Made by a program: the position numbers and the translations under genes | Notes under the pieces: generated by a model | The model's database searches: none | What the model saw: the letters and a program-made list of their open reading frames with translations, nothing else | Told to the model about the DNA's origin: nothing | NCBI RefSeq assembly: GCF_036321535.1 | Contig: NC_087436.1 | Span: forward strand, 20,214,001-20,278,000 | Direction of reading: 5' to 3' | DNA: 64,000 bases | Source of the DNA: Camelus dromedarius | Lineage: Eukaryota | In this document: piece by piece, positions 11,900-24,355 of the stretch | How positions within the stretch are numbered: the stretch's first letter is position 1 | Layout of the letters: every line of letters begins with the position of its first letter

Positions 11900-12765
11900 T
11901 TTTCTCAGCCCACATCATTCCTTGGCCCTCTGAGATCTGACTTGCAAGCACCACTCCAATAAAATGACATGTGAAGTTTCCTGAGACATCTCTTAATCAC
12001 AGAAATTCTCTTAGCGTGGGCTTCTGGGGGCCATTCACTCTCCCCCCCCCCTTTTATTTTCTCCTAAGAAACACTCCCTTCGTGGCTTCTGAGACATTGC
12101 AAAATCCAAAAATCTAAGTTTTTCCTCTGCTTTTATGATCTGAGCTTCCCCCACCCTATTGCTATCCCTCTGGGTCTTCTGTTCCCAATCTCTTTCTCTC
12201 TCTGTCTCTATCCCAGTGCCTCCTTGGGGAATGTCTTCACAATCTCAGATACCACTCAACTCCACATGTCCAACCTGGACTAATCTCTCTCAAACTCCAA
12301 TTCCACATCCCCAACTATCTGCTTGTCTGATTCACGATTTTACCTCAAGGTTAACATATCAAAGCTTAAACTCACACCACCTGAAAACACATCTTCCTCC
12401 CCACGTCCTTATTTCTGTTAATGGTACCACCACTCTCTCAGTCAGCAAGGGCCACGCTGGTCATCTTCCTCCCCAGTGCCCCTTGAGTCCCTCCAGTTGT
12501 CTCTCGCATGGATTCTACTGCTGGACATTTTTGCCTGTTTCTCCCACCTACTCCCAGCATCTCACTGCTGCTCAACTGCATTTTTACAGCCTCCAGTTTG
12601 TCTTGTCTTCATCTCTCCACTTTATGGTCCTTCTACCCACAAATAAATCAAGTAAGTTCCCCAAATCCTCACTCCCACCTTACACCTCCCTGTTCAAAAC
12701 TCTTCAGTGGTAAGCCGCTGCCTGTGACTGAAAGGCAAGCCCTTCCGCACAGTTTCAGAAATCCT
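11900..12765 (+). mobile_element. L2 relic
   Basis: Pyrimidine-rich decayed L2 body; ctccctgttcaaaactcttcagtgg motif. Confidence 0.6.
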
Positions 12766-12771
12766 CTGTAA

Positions 12772-13438
12772 CAGCCGTTCTCCAACTTTTCTCTCAGGAT
12801 CCCTTTTCATGCTTAAAAAGTCTTCAGAACCCCAGAGAGCTTTCATTTATAAGGGCAACATCTACCACTATTTACTGTATTGGAAGTCAGTTAAAAAATT
12901 TTTTTTTGTTTTGTTCATTTCTTGTAGGGGGAGGTAATTAGGTTTATTTATTGAATTTTTTAATTTTTTTTTTTAATGGAGGTACTGGGGATTGAACCCA
13001 GGACCTCGTGCATGCTAAGCACACACTCTACCACTGAGCACACACTCTATTCCCGCCCCTTGTGTTGGAAGGCAAGACTGAAGGAACTTTAAAAACATTT
13101 ACTTACATATTTAAAAATAATAACAAACTCATTGCACGTTAACATAAATACCATATTTTATGAATAAAAAAATTAGTGAAGAGATTGGCATTGTTTCACA
13201 TTTTTATAAATCTCTCGAGTGTCTGACTTAATAGAAGACGGCTGCATTCTCCTAGCTGCTTATGCATTCAATCTGTTATGATATCCCAGGTCATATAGCC
13301 TCTGAAAAACTCCATTGTATACTTGGAAAGGAGGAGGGTGAAAAGAGAAATAACATCTCAGTGTGAATGGTGAAGAGCTTTGACCTCACAGATGCTTTAA
13401 AAGTGTCCAGGTCCCCAGACCACGCCTTGAGAATCACA
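12772..13438. mobile_element. MER119/Charlie1-family hAT element interrupted by a SINE
   Basis: cagccgttctccaacttttctctcaggatccc...ttaatagaagacggctgcattctc...ccagaccacgccttgagaatcac. Confidence 0.75.
12890..13060 (-). mobile_element. Vic-1-like SINE
   Basis: Canonical body; TSD tgt(a/g)ttggaag(t/g)ca at 12876-12889 and 13061-13074. Confidence 0.92.
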
Positions 13439-13654
13439 CTATGTCTTCTCTCTCATGTCTCCTTAGTCAGCCTCACACTCCAGTTACACTATTCTTTACC
13501 CCCAAACATATTTACGTTTTCATGGCTCTTCTCTTAAAGAAATATTTTGGGCAAACAATTTTGTTCGTTTATTAGGAGTACCTTGTGGTTTGCTGGGGGT
13601 ACAGGCACTTAGTGAAAAAAAAAATCAGATTTTTTTTCCCCTCTGATTTACTAG

Positions 13655-13835
13655 AAAGTACTCAAGGCTGAGAATCAAGGAACTTAAATGCTAGTGACAA
13701 TTCTGTAACTAAGTTTACGTCACCTCAGACAAGTCATTTAACTTGGTTAATTTCTTGGTTCTCAGCTCGTGTGTGTGTAAGAGAGGAAATAGATAAGATG
13801 ATCTCTGGGAGTTGTTCCAAGTCTGAAATCATCTG
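13655..13835 (+). mobile_element. MIR3/MIRc relic
   Basis: cacctcagacaagtcatttaact...agatgatctctgggagttgttccaagtctgaaatc. Confidence 0.6.
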
Positions 13836-14026
13836 TGATTTGGAATTAAATCACCTGCAGCCCGTTCTGAAGAAACAGGAAACAGCTGCCACTTCCAATC
13901 TTCTGTGTACACCCGTCCTCAGTTAACTACAAACCGCTGACTTTTTACAAATGCGTTAAAAAATCAGGTTCTCTATGTTTGCAGTTTTCAATGACCATCT
14001 TGAGGTGCTTCAAGAAAGAACCACAG

Positions 14027-14057
14027 GTTATTTAGAGAAATTAAAAAAAAAAAAAAA
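14027..14057 (+). other. Micro retro-insertion (short tag plus poly(A)) flanked by TSD
   Basis: aag(a/g)aagaaccac(a/t)g at 14012-14026 and 14058-14072 flanking gttatttagagaaatt + A tract. Confidence 0.6.
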
Positions 14058-16569
14058 AAGGAAGAACCACTGAAAATTTTGCTGGATTTCTTTCTTTTTT
14101 TTTAAACTGAGATATAAGTGACACACAACTTTATACTTCTTTCTGATTTTTTTGTTCCCTTTAGGAGGGTCTGGATTCTTCTAGTCATCTTTATCTCTTT
14201 TGCTGTCTTTTTCATTACTTATATTTTCTTGGCTCTTATGATTCTTTTCTTTCTCCTTGTGATTTTGATTACCAAAGGGTTTAGTTTTGTTATGATATTT
14301 AGAAAAGAATAATAAAATAATTATTTTGGGTTTTCTCTGAGGTACTTTGCATCATATTCCCATTTTGGTGTGATCAGTAATTCTGAAAAGTGTAAATAAT
14401 CAGAAATTTAGGCACATGTAAGAGCATTTTAAATGTATTTTAAAATTGCTACCATACTATGTTGGGCTATAATTACATAAGCCAGTTACTCTTGCAATAT
14501 ATACATTGACTAGTATGAATCCGAGAAGGTGTTTCATCGCTGGGATACTGGCATCTTCAGGTTATTTTACTAGGGTGGTGGCAATTTTCTTCTGTAACTT
14601 CTAGATCTGCAACAGGACCAGATGTGTCAGGAAGACTAAGGTGGGATGCAGACACAAACAGCTTCACAGTCATATTTGCTGCTTGTGGCATTGCTTACAA
14701 AGACAGGAATTCTGATCAAATTTATTTCATTGTGCGTAGTTTAGGTCCACTGAAAAACAGACACCAGGTCAATGTGAAAGAGGCTTACTTGGAGGGGAGC
14801 AGGAGAAGGAAGGAAGAGCCTTAGGTTGTGCTGTGGGTCTGGAAGAAAGGAGGCAGGGAAGGATGCTAAGAAAGATTGCCAGACTCCAGCGCAGGACCAG
14901 GGAGGTCCAGCCAGGCTGATGGGGAGCCCTTAACCCGAGTGACCCGTTGGAAGAGTCCCATATCTCACTAGAACTGGCCCATCTTAGCCCACTGTGCTCG
15001 GTCGCTGGCTGTGAATGGTCTGCATTCCCATGCTCATGGACTCTGAAGTGCTGCCTCAGCCCAGACACAGTGCTGAGTTCAGAGGGGCGGGAGCTGGGTT
15101 GTCCGTCAATGACGTTCCCTGCAGCAAATTCTTACGCTGAAACAGTCACCCCTTGTGCTGCACAGATCTAGGTCTCCGTGAAGGTTCAAAAGGAACACCT
15201 CCACCGTTTCCATGAGCCTTTCCTTCTGGGGCACACACAGAAGCAATAGGTTAGTGAGCTGAACTGCAGCCTCCATCCCTGGGATGGGACTCAGGACCAC
15301 AGCGGGGCTCGTCCTCAACCTTCTCTACCATCCGCTCCCATTTCCCCTCACTCTCCGCTGTCACCGCAGCAGATGCTTGTGGCTCTCCTGATGGTATCTG
15401 AACTGGCGACCATACCTTTCCTAGACTAGGTTTGCTGCACATATCTGATTACAGTTACAAAAGGTTTAGGTAACGCCAGGAGGCACCAAGTGGATCACCT
15501 GGATTCCACGTGTGTCCCTTCATGTCCCTGTTGTGTGAGAGCAGCCTTCCTCTTCTCCTGATCAGGGTCAGTTCCTGGCCAGTCCCTAGTCACAAGGTGC
15601 AGTGAGGGTAGTTGTACCCTCTTTGCTGCCAAAGAACTAAACATCTCCGAACTGCCCTTGCAGTTAGTAAGAATGTCTTCCTACTTCCTCAGTCTGTACT
15701 TTTTTCCTGGGTGTGTTGGTCTCGGTTCGGGGAGAGCCGCAGCCAGGTTCTACCCTATGTCCCCCTCCCCATGGCCTTCTCTTCTTTCACAAGAGGCTCT
15801 CATCCAGGGCTCCAATAATTGCTCTAGACTTTAGAGAGCTGTTGCTCCAACTTTTCTGATCAGAAGACTTAATGCTTGTTAAATACAGATCCATGGAATC
15901 CCAACATATTCTCCGGAAACCCTCCGGGGAAGAAAAGGAGAAATTGCGTTATGTTGTGGTTCTTGATCTTTAGAAACAGAAGAGCGAACTAATCTTTGGT
16001 CTCTGCCAGGTCCTGCTCTTAGGCTATTTCTCCTCTCTTTCTCCGACCCCATTCCTTTCCGTCTCCTGTCCTGACAAGCATCCCTCTTAATGTCTGGGGT
16101 GTGTTACCCTTTTCTATTGTGTGTATTTTTGCATTACACGTATCGTTGTCTTGCATGCACACATTTTAACATTTATGTAATGTCATTGTGCTATACATGC
16201 CTCTGCTTCTCCTTTTCCCGTGAAGTACTATGTGGTTTAGGTCCACTCACGTGGCTATGTGTACATTTAAGTCATTGCTTTTCACCACTGCTCAGTATTC
16301 CTTGGTGTGTGCGTCCACGACCCACCACCTCCCCACCAGCACAAACACTGCAGCAACAAACAACCCGACCCTCTTTCCAGGAGCCTGAATTATCTTTCTC
16401 ATCGGGTGAGCTTATTATTTATTTAGTGATGGTTGTGTGGGGTAAACAAGTATAAAGATGAAAGAGGGGCAAATCTCATGCTTTCCAACTAGCTGTTGGA
16501 TACCAGACCTGAAGGAGGCCAGGAACCCAATTATTTTCTAACCAAGGAAGATAACACTACAAAAAAATA

Positions 16570-16639
16570 TTTATTTTTATTTTTTAAAAATTAAAAAATA
16601 AATTTGAGGGGGGAGAGGTAATTAGGTTGGTTTGTTTGT

Positions 16640-16691
<52 letters not shown>

Positions 16692-16768
16692 TGGCAGTCC
16701 TGGGGATTTGAACCCATGACCTTGTACATGCTAAGCACACACTCTACCACTAACCAATACCCTCCCCC
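16570..16768 (-). mobile_element. Vic-1-like SINE with expanded (TTTA)n/(TTTG)n microsatellite
   Basis: Body 16690-16768; (ttta)n about 16639-16689; ggtaattagg motif. Confidence 0.9.
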
Positions 16769-18020
16769 GATTTTCAAGACACAAACTTCAGTAAGATTGG
16801 TAGTCCCAACAAGTTCTGGATAATTTGTAACAAGGCTTGCAAGAAGGCTGAAGGTTCTTAGCATTAAGCTTATATTAATTTGGAATCAGTTATGGGAACA
16901 CCCTCATTACACCCTTGAGAAAACCCTGACTCAAAAGAAAGTTGGGTGAACAACAGTGATTTCCCCTAAAGCACTCCTGAAGACCGTCCAGCCTGGCTCT
17001 CAGTCAGGCCCCGTTTGCAGTCATCCAGTGCACTTAAGAAGTCAGTTGCCCTGCATTGGAGTGCAGGTATTTTAAAAACCTGAGCACTGCGGAGGCTCCC
17101 CCATCAATCCTGGCTGATCTCAGTTTGTTGCCTGCAGCTACACTGCAGAACCTCTGATGTATTGCCAGAGGGGTCACTGGAGGATTGTGTATTTGCTCAA
17201 AGATACTCCAGCCCTCTTGTCTTTGCCCATAAGTCATGGTGTTGAAATGCACGTATTGGCAAAAACTACACCAGCTGCCCAGGGCTTCTTATGACAAGCC
17301 CTTCAGATCTTCTGCCATCATATCTAACAATTGGAAAAAGCAGAGGTATCTATAGCTCTTGAAATAATAACATAGCACCAAGACGGGAATGGAAGGAAAT
17401 CCAAGGGGTTAACAAGAAGTTATAGCAACAACTTGGGGCAGCTGAGTCCCACAGCTCTAAGAGCAGCCCTTGTTTCCCTGGCTCAAAGAATTAGGACTGC
17501 TTATGATTTAAAAACGCAAGGGGTAAAGAATAAAGAACTGCAGGTTCCTCATGTGGATCATACCACTGAGAGCAAATGGTATCCAAATTCCAGCCTCCTT
17601 GCTGCTCAGCCCAGGGCTATAGGAGAAAGGGCACATTTTTCTATTTAGTCTGACCAGAGGGGCACCTTTTTTCTAATTGGTCAGTGAAAAAGGGACACAT
17701 TTCCGTAAAGCCCCCCTCTGGAGGGATTTGGAGGAGATTTCCATCTCCTCTGTTAAGAGGCACTTTCTGCTCTAGAAGCAGCCCTGGGGGCTGGGACACG
17801 GTGCCATTCATATTTTAACCCTTAGTGGAAGGTGCAATGAATGACATGGTGATGAGCGACAAAATACAGGTTTGTTAAACTGAATGTTTGTCAGACGGGG
17901 TTGTGTAGCTTTAACATCCTGGCCTCTGCCTCCAAGAGCATGTTTGTAATAAAGCTGATAAATCCATTTTATCTGCCTCCCCAACTAGATGGGGAATTTG
18001 CTTTTTAAGAGTGAGAATCA

Positions 18021-18651
18021 CCTTAAAAAACTAGAGTTACCAAATGATCCAGCAATCCCACTCCTGGATCCAGAGGAAACGCTAATTCGAAAAGACACCT
18101 GCACCCCAATGTTCATAACAGAACTATTTACAACAGTCAAAACATGGAAACAACCTAAATGTCCATCGACAGATGACTGGATAAAGAAGCTGTAGTGTAT
18201 ACATATAATGGAATACTCCTCAGCCAGAAAAAAAGAATAAAATAATGCCACTTGCAGCAACATAGATGGGCCAGGAAATCGTCATTCTAAGTGAAGTAAG
18301 CCAGAAAGAGATAGACAAATACCATGTGATATTGCTTATATGTGGAGTCTGAAAAAAAAAAAAAGAGAGAGAGACAAATGAACTTACTTACAAAACAGAA
18401 ACAGACTCACAGACATAGAAAACAAACTGTGGGATGGAGGGATAATTGGGAGTTCAGGATTTCAGATACTACTATATGTAAAGTAAATAAACAAGGTCCT
18501 ACTGTATGGCACAGGGAACTATATTCAATACCTTATAATAGCCTATAATGAAAAAGAATATGAAAAGGAATATATATATATATGTATATATATAACTGAA
18601 TTGCTATGCTGTACACAAGAAATTAACACAACATTGTAAACCAACTATACT
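18021..18651 (+). mobile_element. L1 ORF2 C-terminus plus 3'UTR, 5' truncated
   Basis: Translates to ELPNDPAIPLL...DTCTPMFITELFTTVKTWKQPKCPSTDDWIKKL (L1 ORF2 C-term); TSD ag(t/c)gagaatca ending at 18020 and 18670. Confidence 0.93.
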
Positions 18652-19468
18652 TTTTTTAAAGCGAGAATCATGTCCACTTCCTTTGTGATCCCCAAAGTAG
18701 CATGGATAGTATTAAGGCCCATAGTTGATATCCAATAAACACTGGCTCCTCCAGATGAAATGGGGAGTTTGTTTTAAAACCTGTATAATAAGGCCTGTGC
18801 TGTTTGAGAAGGGCTAGAGCTGATTTGCTGAGACTCTGTCTTTTAATGTAACTTTTGACACAGAACTTTGGAATCCCTGAAGGCAAATTTTAATTTATAC
18901 AAGGGTTCCAAAGAGACTACCCTGAAGGTATACAGGTGTTTCTTAACACCGGTGAGTCAGGCCTGGCAATGGGAACAAAATCGGTTCTGGGTTTCTTAAA
19001 GAGACAGCATTTCCCAATACAGGCAAAGAGATAGATTCATTCCTCTTCTGATTAATTGGTCTTAAAGACCAGTGACTTTAATAGACACTACAACATAAAT
19101 CTCCAAAGTATGAGGGGGTTCTCTATAGAAGACATTTACTGATTTATTTTAAAATAGAAATTTCTTCAGAATCTGTGGGTCATTCTTTTTAATGTGCTCA
19201 ATGTGGCAACATTTTAAGATGAATACAATTAAGGAAAATTAGGGTCCTTCCTTAGAATTGTTCCATATTGAGCTGGAGGAGAAGGGGTCCTGTCCTCTCT
19301 CTAGAGTCAAATCACTGGAAAGACGATATTAAATACATTAATATTTAATGTTAAGTGCACTAAATACATGAGTGTGAGTGACTAACCTAGGAAATTATAT
19401 TTGGGGTAAAAGTAAGATGGTAATGCTAATCCTGCTTTTTTTTTTTTTTTTGTACTTTTGAAATGCAG

Positions 19469-19503
19469 TTTCAAAGGAGGAGTGCCCAAACTTCATCCAG
19501 TGA
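19469..19503 (+). CDS. Candidate coding part of a terminal exon (phase-1 reading xSKEECPNFIQ*), gene unidentified
   Basis: Branch-like gctaat 19425-19430, long T tract, first AG is cag 19466-19468; TGA at 19501-19503; alternative frames FQRRSAQTSSSDGGIV* or a longer 52-aa frame not excluded. Confidence 0.4.
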
Positions 19504-20200
19504 TGGTGGGATCGTTTGAAATAAGTGTGTGGTCTTTCATGGTGCCCATTTTAAAGTGGAAAACACTAATTTTAATAAGATCTGATGCTTTCTTGAAAAA
19601 TAGCCAGCTCATTCCATCACGGTCATAGCTCATTTAGCCTTAATACTGGCGAACTACTTTGCTTCTTCTCAGGTAGCTTTGCCTGTATAAGTAAGTCTTA
19701 TATTCAGCTGGTTAGTTGTCTTTGCATACTAATTTGAAATACTGATTTAAAAATCTGTTACACAAGTACTGTCTCTGCTTGTTTGGACGTCGATTTTCAC
19801 CAATGCATGTCTTTAACATTGAAAGTGAAGAAATAACTGTTTGTTACATAGTTATTCCAACTAATGTTACCGTAGAATCTAGGTTTATAGCAATAATAGC
19901 AAAACACAGATTTATTGCTATTAGACAAGAAAGAGGCTGCGTGTCAAGATGCCTGGTTTTCGTTCCAGTGGGAGCTGCTGTGTGACTGTGGACAGATGTT
20001 AATTCCTTCCGAACTATCCTTCTCTCATTTAAAAAAGTTAAGTGATATATCATATTTCTTATGGATGGCAGCACCTCGGTGTTTTTTGATAGATTCCTAG
20101 TTTAAACAGCTTTTGTTGTTGTTGTTTTAAACTCAATTTTCTGTGAGAAAGTAATTAAATGATTTGTGAGAAAGAAATTAAATGTTTTGATGGTAAGGGA
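19504..20200 (+). other. Candidate 3'UTR with tandem ATTAAA poly(A) signals
   Basis: No recognisable repeat; U-rich; ATTAAA at 20154-20159 and 20177-20182. Confidence 0.35.
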
Positions 20201-20289
20201 TTTTTCCATTACCCAGTATTTGAAATAATGGGGGAAATTACTATCCTGGCACTAACCAAGTAAATGTTTTCAAAAAGGATGTCATTGAA

Positions 20290-20310
20290 AAAACAAAACA
20301 AAACAAAACA
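20290..20310 (+). repeat. (CAAAA)n insert flanked by 18-bp TSD
   Basis: aaaaag(g/a)atgtcattgaa at 20272-20289 and 20311-20328. Confidence 0.75.
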
Positions 20311-20538
20311 AAAAAGAATGTCATTGAATGATTTGCACAGATAAGTTCAGCATGCATAAAAATATTTATCCTGCTAGGAAAGAGGATATATAAATATAAT
20401 ATATAACAAATATAAGCATATATATAATATATACCTTAAATATAATATATAACAAATAAAAAGTTTCCTATATAAAACTGAATCATACACATTACAGACA
20501 ACTGTAATAAATTAAATGCAGAAATCATTCTGTTCATT

Positions 20539-20817
20539 CTGAAAGTGGGAGAGAGGCATAAATTGGGAGTTCAGGATTTGCAGATACTAACTACTATATA
20601 TAAAAATAGATAAACAGCAAAGTCCTACTGTATCGCCCAGGGAACTATATTCAATACCTTGTAATAGCCTATAACGAAAAAGAATATGAAAAGGAATATC
20701 TATATCTATATATATAGATATAGATATATATGTATATATATATCTATATCTGAATCACCAGGCTGTACACCAGAAATTAACACATTGTAAATTGACTATA
20801 CTTCAATTAAAAAAAAA
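20539..20817 (+). mobile_element. Young L1 3'UTR
   Basis: Canonical tail; perfect 19-bp TSD agaaatcattctgttcatt at 20520-20538 and 20818-20836. Confidence 0.95.
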
Positions 20818-20940
20818 AGAAATCATTCTGTTCATTTATGCCTGTAACCTGGAGAATATCATGGGACCAAGCTTTCAAAAGTGAAAGACCAGTTGGGGAA
20901 CTTGCCAAGTCTATTCATGTTTTTTAAGATTTCTTGAAAG

Positions 20941-21062
20941 TTTTTTTGGGGGAGGTAATTAGGCTTATTTATTTATTTTCTTAAATGGAGGTATTGAGGA
21001 TCGAACCCAGGCCCCTGTGCATGCTAAGCATGTGCTCTGCCACTGAGCTACAACCTCCCACC
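20941..21062 (-). mobile_element. Vic-1-like SINE
   Basis: ggaggtaattagg...ggatcgaacccagg...ccactgagcta. Confidence 0.9.
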
Positions 21063-21310
21063 AGCACGTTAGTGTTAATCATTTAAGAACCACATAGCTA
21101 CCTAGCTGCATTGTTTATTCCTAAAGCACACAATGCAAAGTGTGGTCTAGTTCCTGATGAACATTGCTATTGGAATTCTTTGTAATAAACTATTTTCCAA
21201 ATGCGCCGGTAGGATTCATTTTATTTTTGCCAGTTGAGTAGTTTGGAACCAAACAAGATAACCATCAATAAGCAATGCCTATGTTTGATGTCTTTGGAAG
21301 GCAGCCATAC

Positions 21311-21354
21311 CACACACCCACACACACACCCACACACACACCCACACACACACA
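21311..21354 (+). repeat. Interrupted (CA)n microsatellite
   Basis: cacacacccacacacacacccac... Confidence 0.9.
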
Positions 21355-23282
21355 AGGAAAAATAATTAACTGAACATCTGTTATTTTCCCTCAAATTTGG
21401 GCTTGGCTAAAGGGACACAAAGTACACAGCAATGAGCAGCTGTTGACAAGTAAAGTTTCGCAAACATTTTAAGACTGTGGCAAATGTTTACTACCTCTTC
21501 CTCTGTCAGATTTAATGGTGAAACACACAACCACAAAATGCATAAGGAAGGCATATAATTATGGAATATGATCTTAATGAAGATGGGCTAAATTTGTATA
21601 CGCCCATGAAAATTCATGCTATCAGAGTCAAGTTTTGCCTTTAGGTAAGAATTCACCTCTGGGAATTTATTCTGATACTAGGAACCTGGTCTTCTAAGAT
21701 ATTGCATCTAGCCTTTCATAGATCACTGCACTTGGGCCCCAGACCAATGCATTTTGGCTATAATCTTCAACATCTAAGGTTGTGCTTTGTCATTTTTATT
21801 GCCTTTCGATTTTCTGGATGCTCAGTTGAAAATGTAGGAATCAACAGGTTTGTAGACTCTGAGATAATGGCAAAACAATCAGGGTACTTCTTGGCATCTT
21901 TGAGTATAAACAAAAGTCTATTTGCTTATTTCTACAAATTTTCACAGCACTTACCATGTGCCCAGCGTGGTCTCTGTGGATGCAACAATGCACAAGACAC
22001 ATTCCTTTCCCCCAAAGAAGTTACCAGATAGCAAATAATAAGCAAGATCTTTAATCTCAAATAACCAAATAATAGAGCTTTGTGAAAAGGGGGACGATTT
22101 CTACAGCTTCCTTTTCACTCATCAGTTTGGGGGTATGCTTGGAGGTGTTCAGCACATATTAGATACTAACCAGCTGGGAAACTCTATTTGTGGGACTTCA
22201 GTAGGGAAACTAAGCTAAGCATTTGCAAATGAAGATCTGAACGCCTAGGAGTTAACAGTGAGACTTTGTCCAGTAGCACAGACATATTTCTGAGGCACAC
22301 GGAAGTACAAACGTAGGAAAAACCATCAACCATATGGAAACTCAGTGGCTGTGGTCGTGTATAAAATGAGAAGAAAAATGTTTTGTTGTATTTAAGGCAA
22401 AAATTTAGAGCACTCAAAACATAATCAATTTCTGTTTTCTAATCATTTAATCATAGCTTTTGCCCAATTGTAGCAAATACCGGTTTTCACTGCATTGGAA
22501 TGAACTCAGTGATAAATTTTCATATTTTCCTGGTTGGTTAATTATTGCCCATACCCTGAGGACATAAAGCAAATAACTCTCTGCAATAGTTGTCCCAACA
22601 ACATAAAAGACTTCAGCTTCTAAACACAATAGAATGCCAAGGACCAGATTTACTTCCCCACCTTAAATAAATATAAAACTGGAAAAAATACATTTATAAA
22701 AATCTAATTACACAGATGACAGAATTAGTAGAAAAGGACATCAAACCATCTATGAAAACACTACATATATTCAAGAAGGTAGAGGAAATTACAAACATAA
22801 GAAGAGAAATGGAAGATATTAAAAAAAAGGCCCAAATGGAACTTTCAGAGATGAAATACACAATATCTGAGGCAAAAAAATCATGGACAGAATGAACAGC
22901 AGATTAGATACTTCAGAAGAAAAGAAGATAGTGCACTTGGAGACCTAGAAATAGAAGCTATTCAAATGAAACAGAGAGAGAACAAAGCCTGGAGCGAAGT
23001 GGACAGGCAGCAGAGATGCAGAAGAAGTTGAAGCAGCCCTACCATGTTTGTCCCTGGAGTCCCAGAAGAGGCGGGCTGGGGAGGGGAACAGAAAAGTTAT
23101 TTGAAAAACTAATGGCCACGATTTTCTAAATTTGATAGAAAGGATAAACGGACAAATCTGAGAAGCCTGACAAACTCTAAGCAGAAAACAGGAAGGAAAC
23201 GGCATTAAGGCAGAACATAACTAAATTGCTAGGAACTACTAACAGAAAGGAAACAGAAATATTACATGTAAGAGAATAAGGA

Positions 23283-23649
23283 TACATTAGATCAGCTCTA
23301 ATTGGTTAGCTAATACCACAGAAATTCAGAAATGTATTTTCTCCCAGTTCTGGAATTTGAGATCACATGCCAGCATGGTTGAGTTCTGGTGAGTGAGAGA
23401 TCTCTTCTTGACTAGCAGATGACAGCTTTCAGGCTGTGTGTTCACATGCATGCAGAGAGGAAGGGAGAGAGAGAGAAAGAGAGATCTCTTTCTTCTTACA
23501 ATGCCACCAATCCTATGGGGTAAGGACTCCACCATTGTGACCTCATTTAACCTTAATTTAACCTAAAAGCCTTATCTCCAAATACAGTCACATTTGGCTT
23601 CCACGTATGAATTTGGAGGGTGGGGAACCACACAATTCAGTCCATAGCA
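23283..23649 (-). mobile_element. MLT1A/MST-type MaLR solo LTR
   Basis: gacctcatttaaccttaat...tctccaaatacagtcacatt...attcagtccatagca terminus. Confidence 0.85.
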
Positions 23650-24355
23650 AAAATAAGAATAACAGTAGTCTTCCCCTTAAAAAAAATGTAAGTCAGAACA
23701 TAATGGATTGACATCTTTAAAGTATTCAAAGGAAGAAAATTAGAAGCTCAGCAAAATGATTTCTCAAGAGATTTTTCAAATAAATAAAACCTGAGGGAAT
23801 TTATTACTAGCACATTGCCACTACAAGAAATAAAAAAGGAAGTCCTTTAGGCAGAAGGAAAATATTATTTCAGATGGAAATGTGGATCTTACAAAGGAGT
23901 GAACAGCATCAGATATGGCAAATATGTGAAGAAACGTATTAGATTTCTTTGTTAATTTTAAGTCTCTTGAAAAGGTAATTGATTAGTAAAAGTAATCATG
24001 TATTGTGGGATTTATAACATAGGTAACAGTGAAATGCATGATAGCAATAGCACAAGGGTGGAGGTGTGGAATGGACATACACTGCTATAAGGTTCTTATA
24101 CCGTATGTTAAAGTGACATATTTGAAAGTAAACTGTAATAAGTGAAAGATGTACACTATAAATCCCAGAGGAATCATTAAAAACAAAAACCAAAAAAAAT
24201 CCCCCAAAGCCCAGAAAAAAACCAAACCAAAAACCAAAAGCTCATAATAGAGATAAAATGAAATCATAAAAAGACACAGTCCAAAAGAAGGAAGGAGAAG
24301 AAGAAAAAAAGGTAATGAAGAGTGAATAGGAAAAAAAGCAAAACAAATAGGAACC

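Noticed and set aside
12159..12713. Longest ORF (184 aa, Ser/Pro/Leu-rich)
   Set aside because: Non-ATG start, lies in a pyrimidine-rich L2 relic, no recognisable domain
13985..14026. 42-nt phase-compatible upstream exon (VFNDHLEVLQERTT)
   Set aside because: The donor gttatt is weak and is the first bases of the TSD-flanked micro-insertion
17989..18263. ORFs with real protein similarity
   Set aside because: L1 ORF2 C-terminal remnant and its antisense, not a host gene
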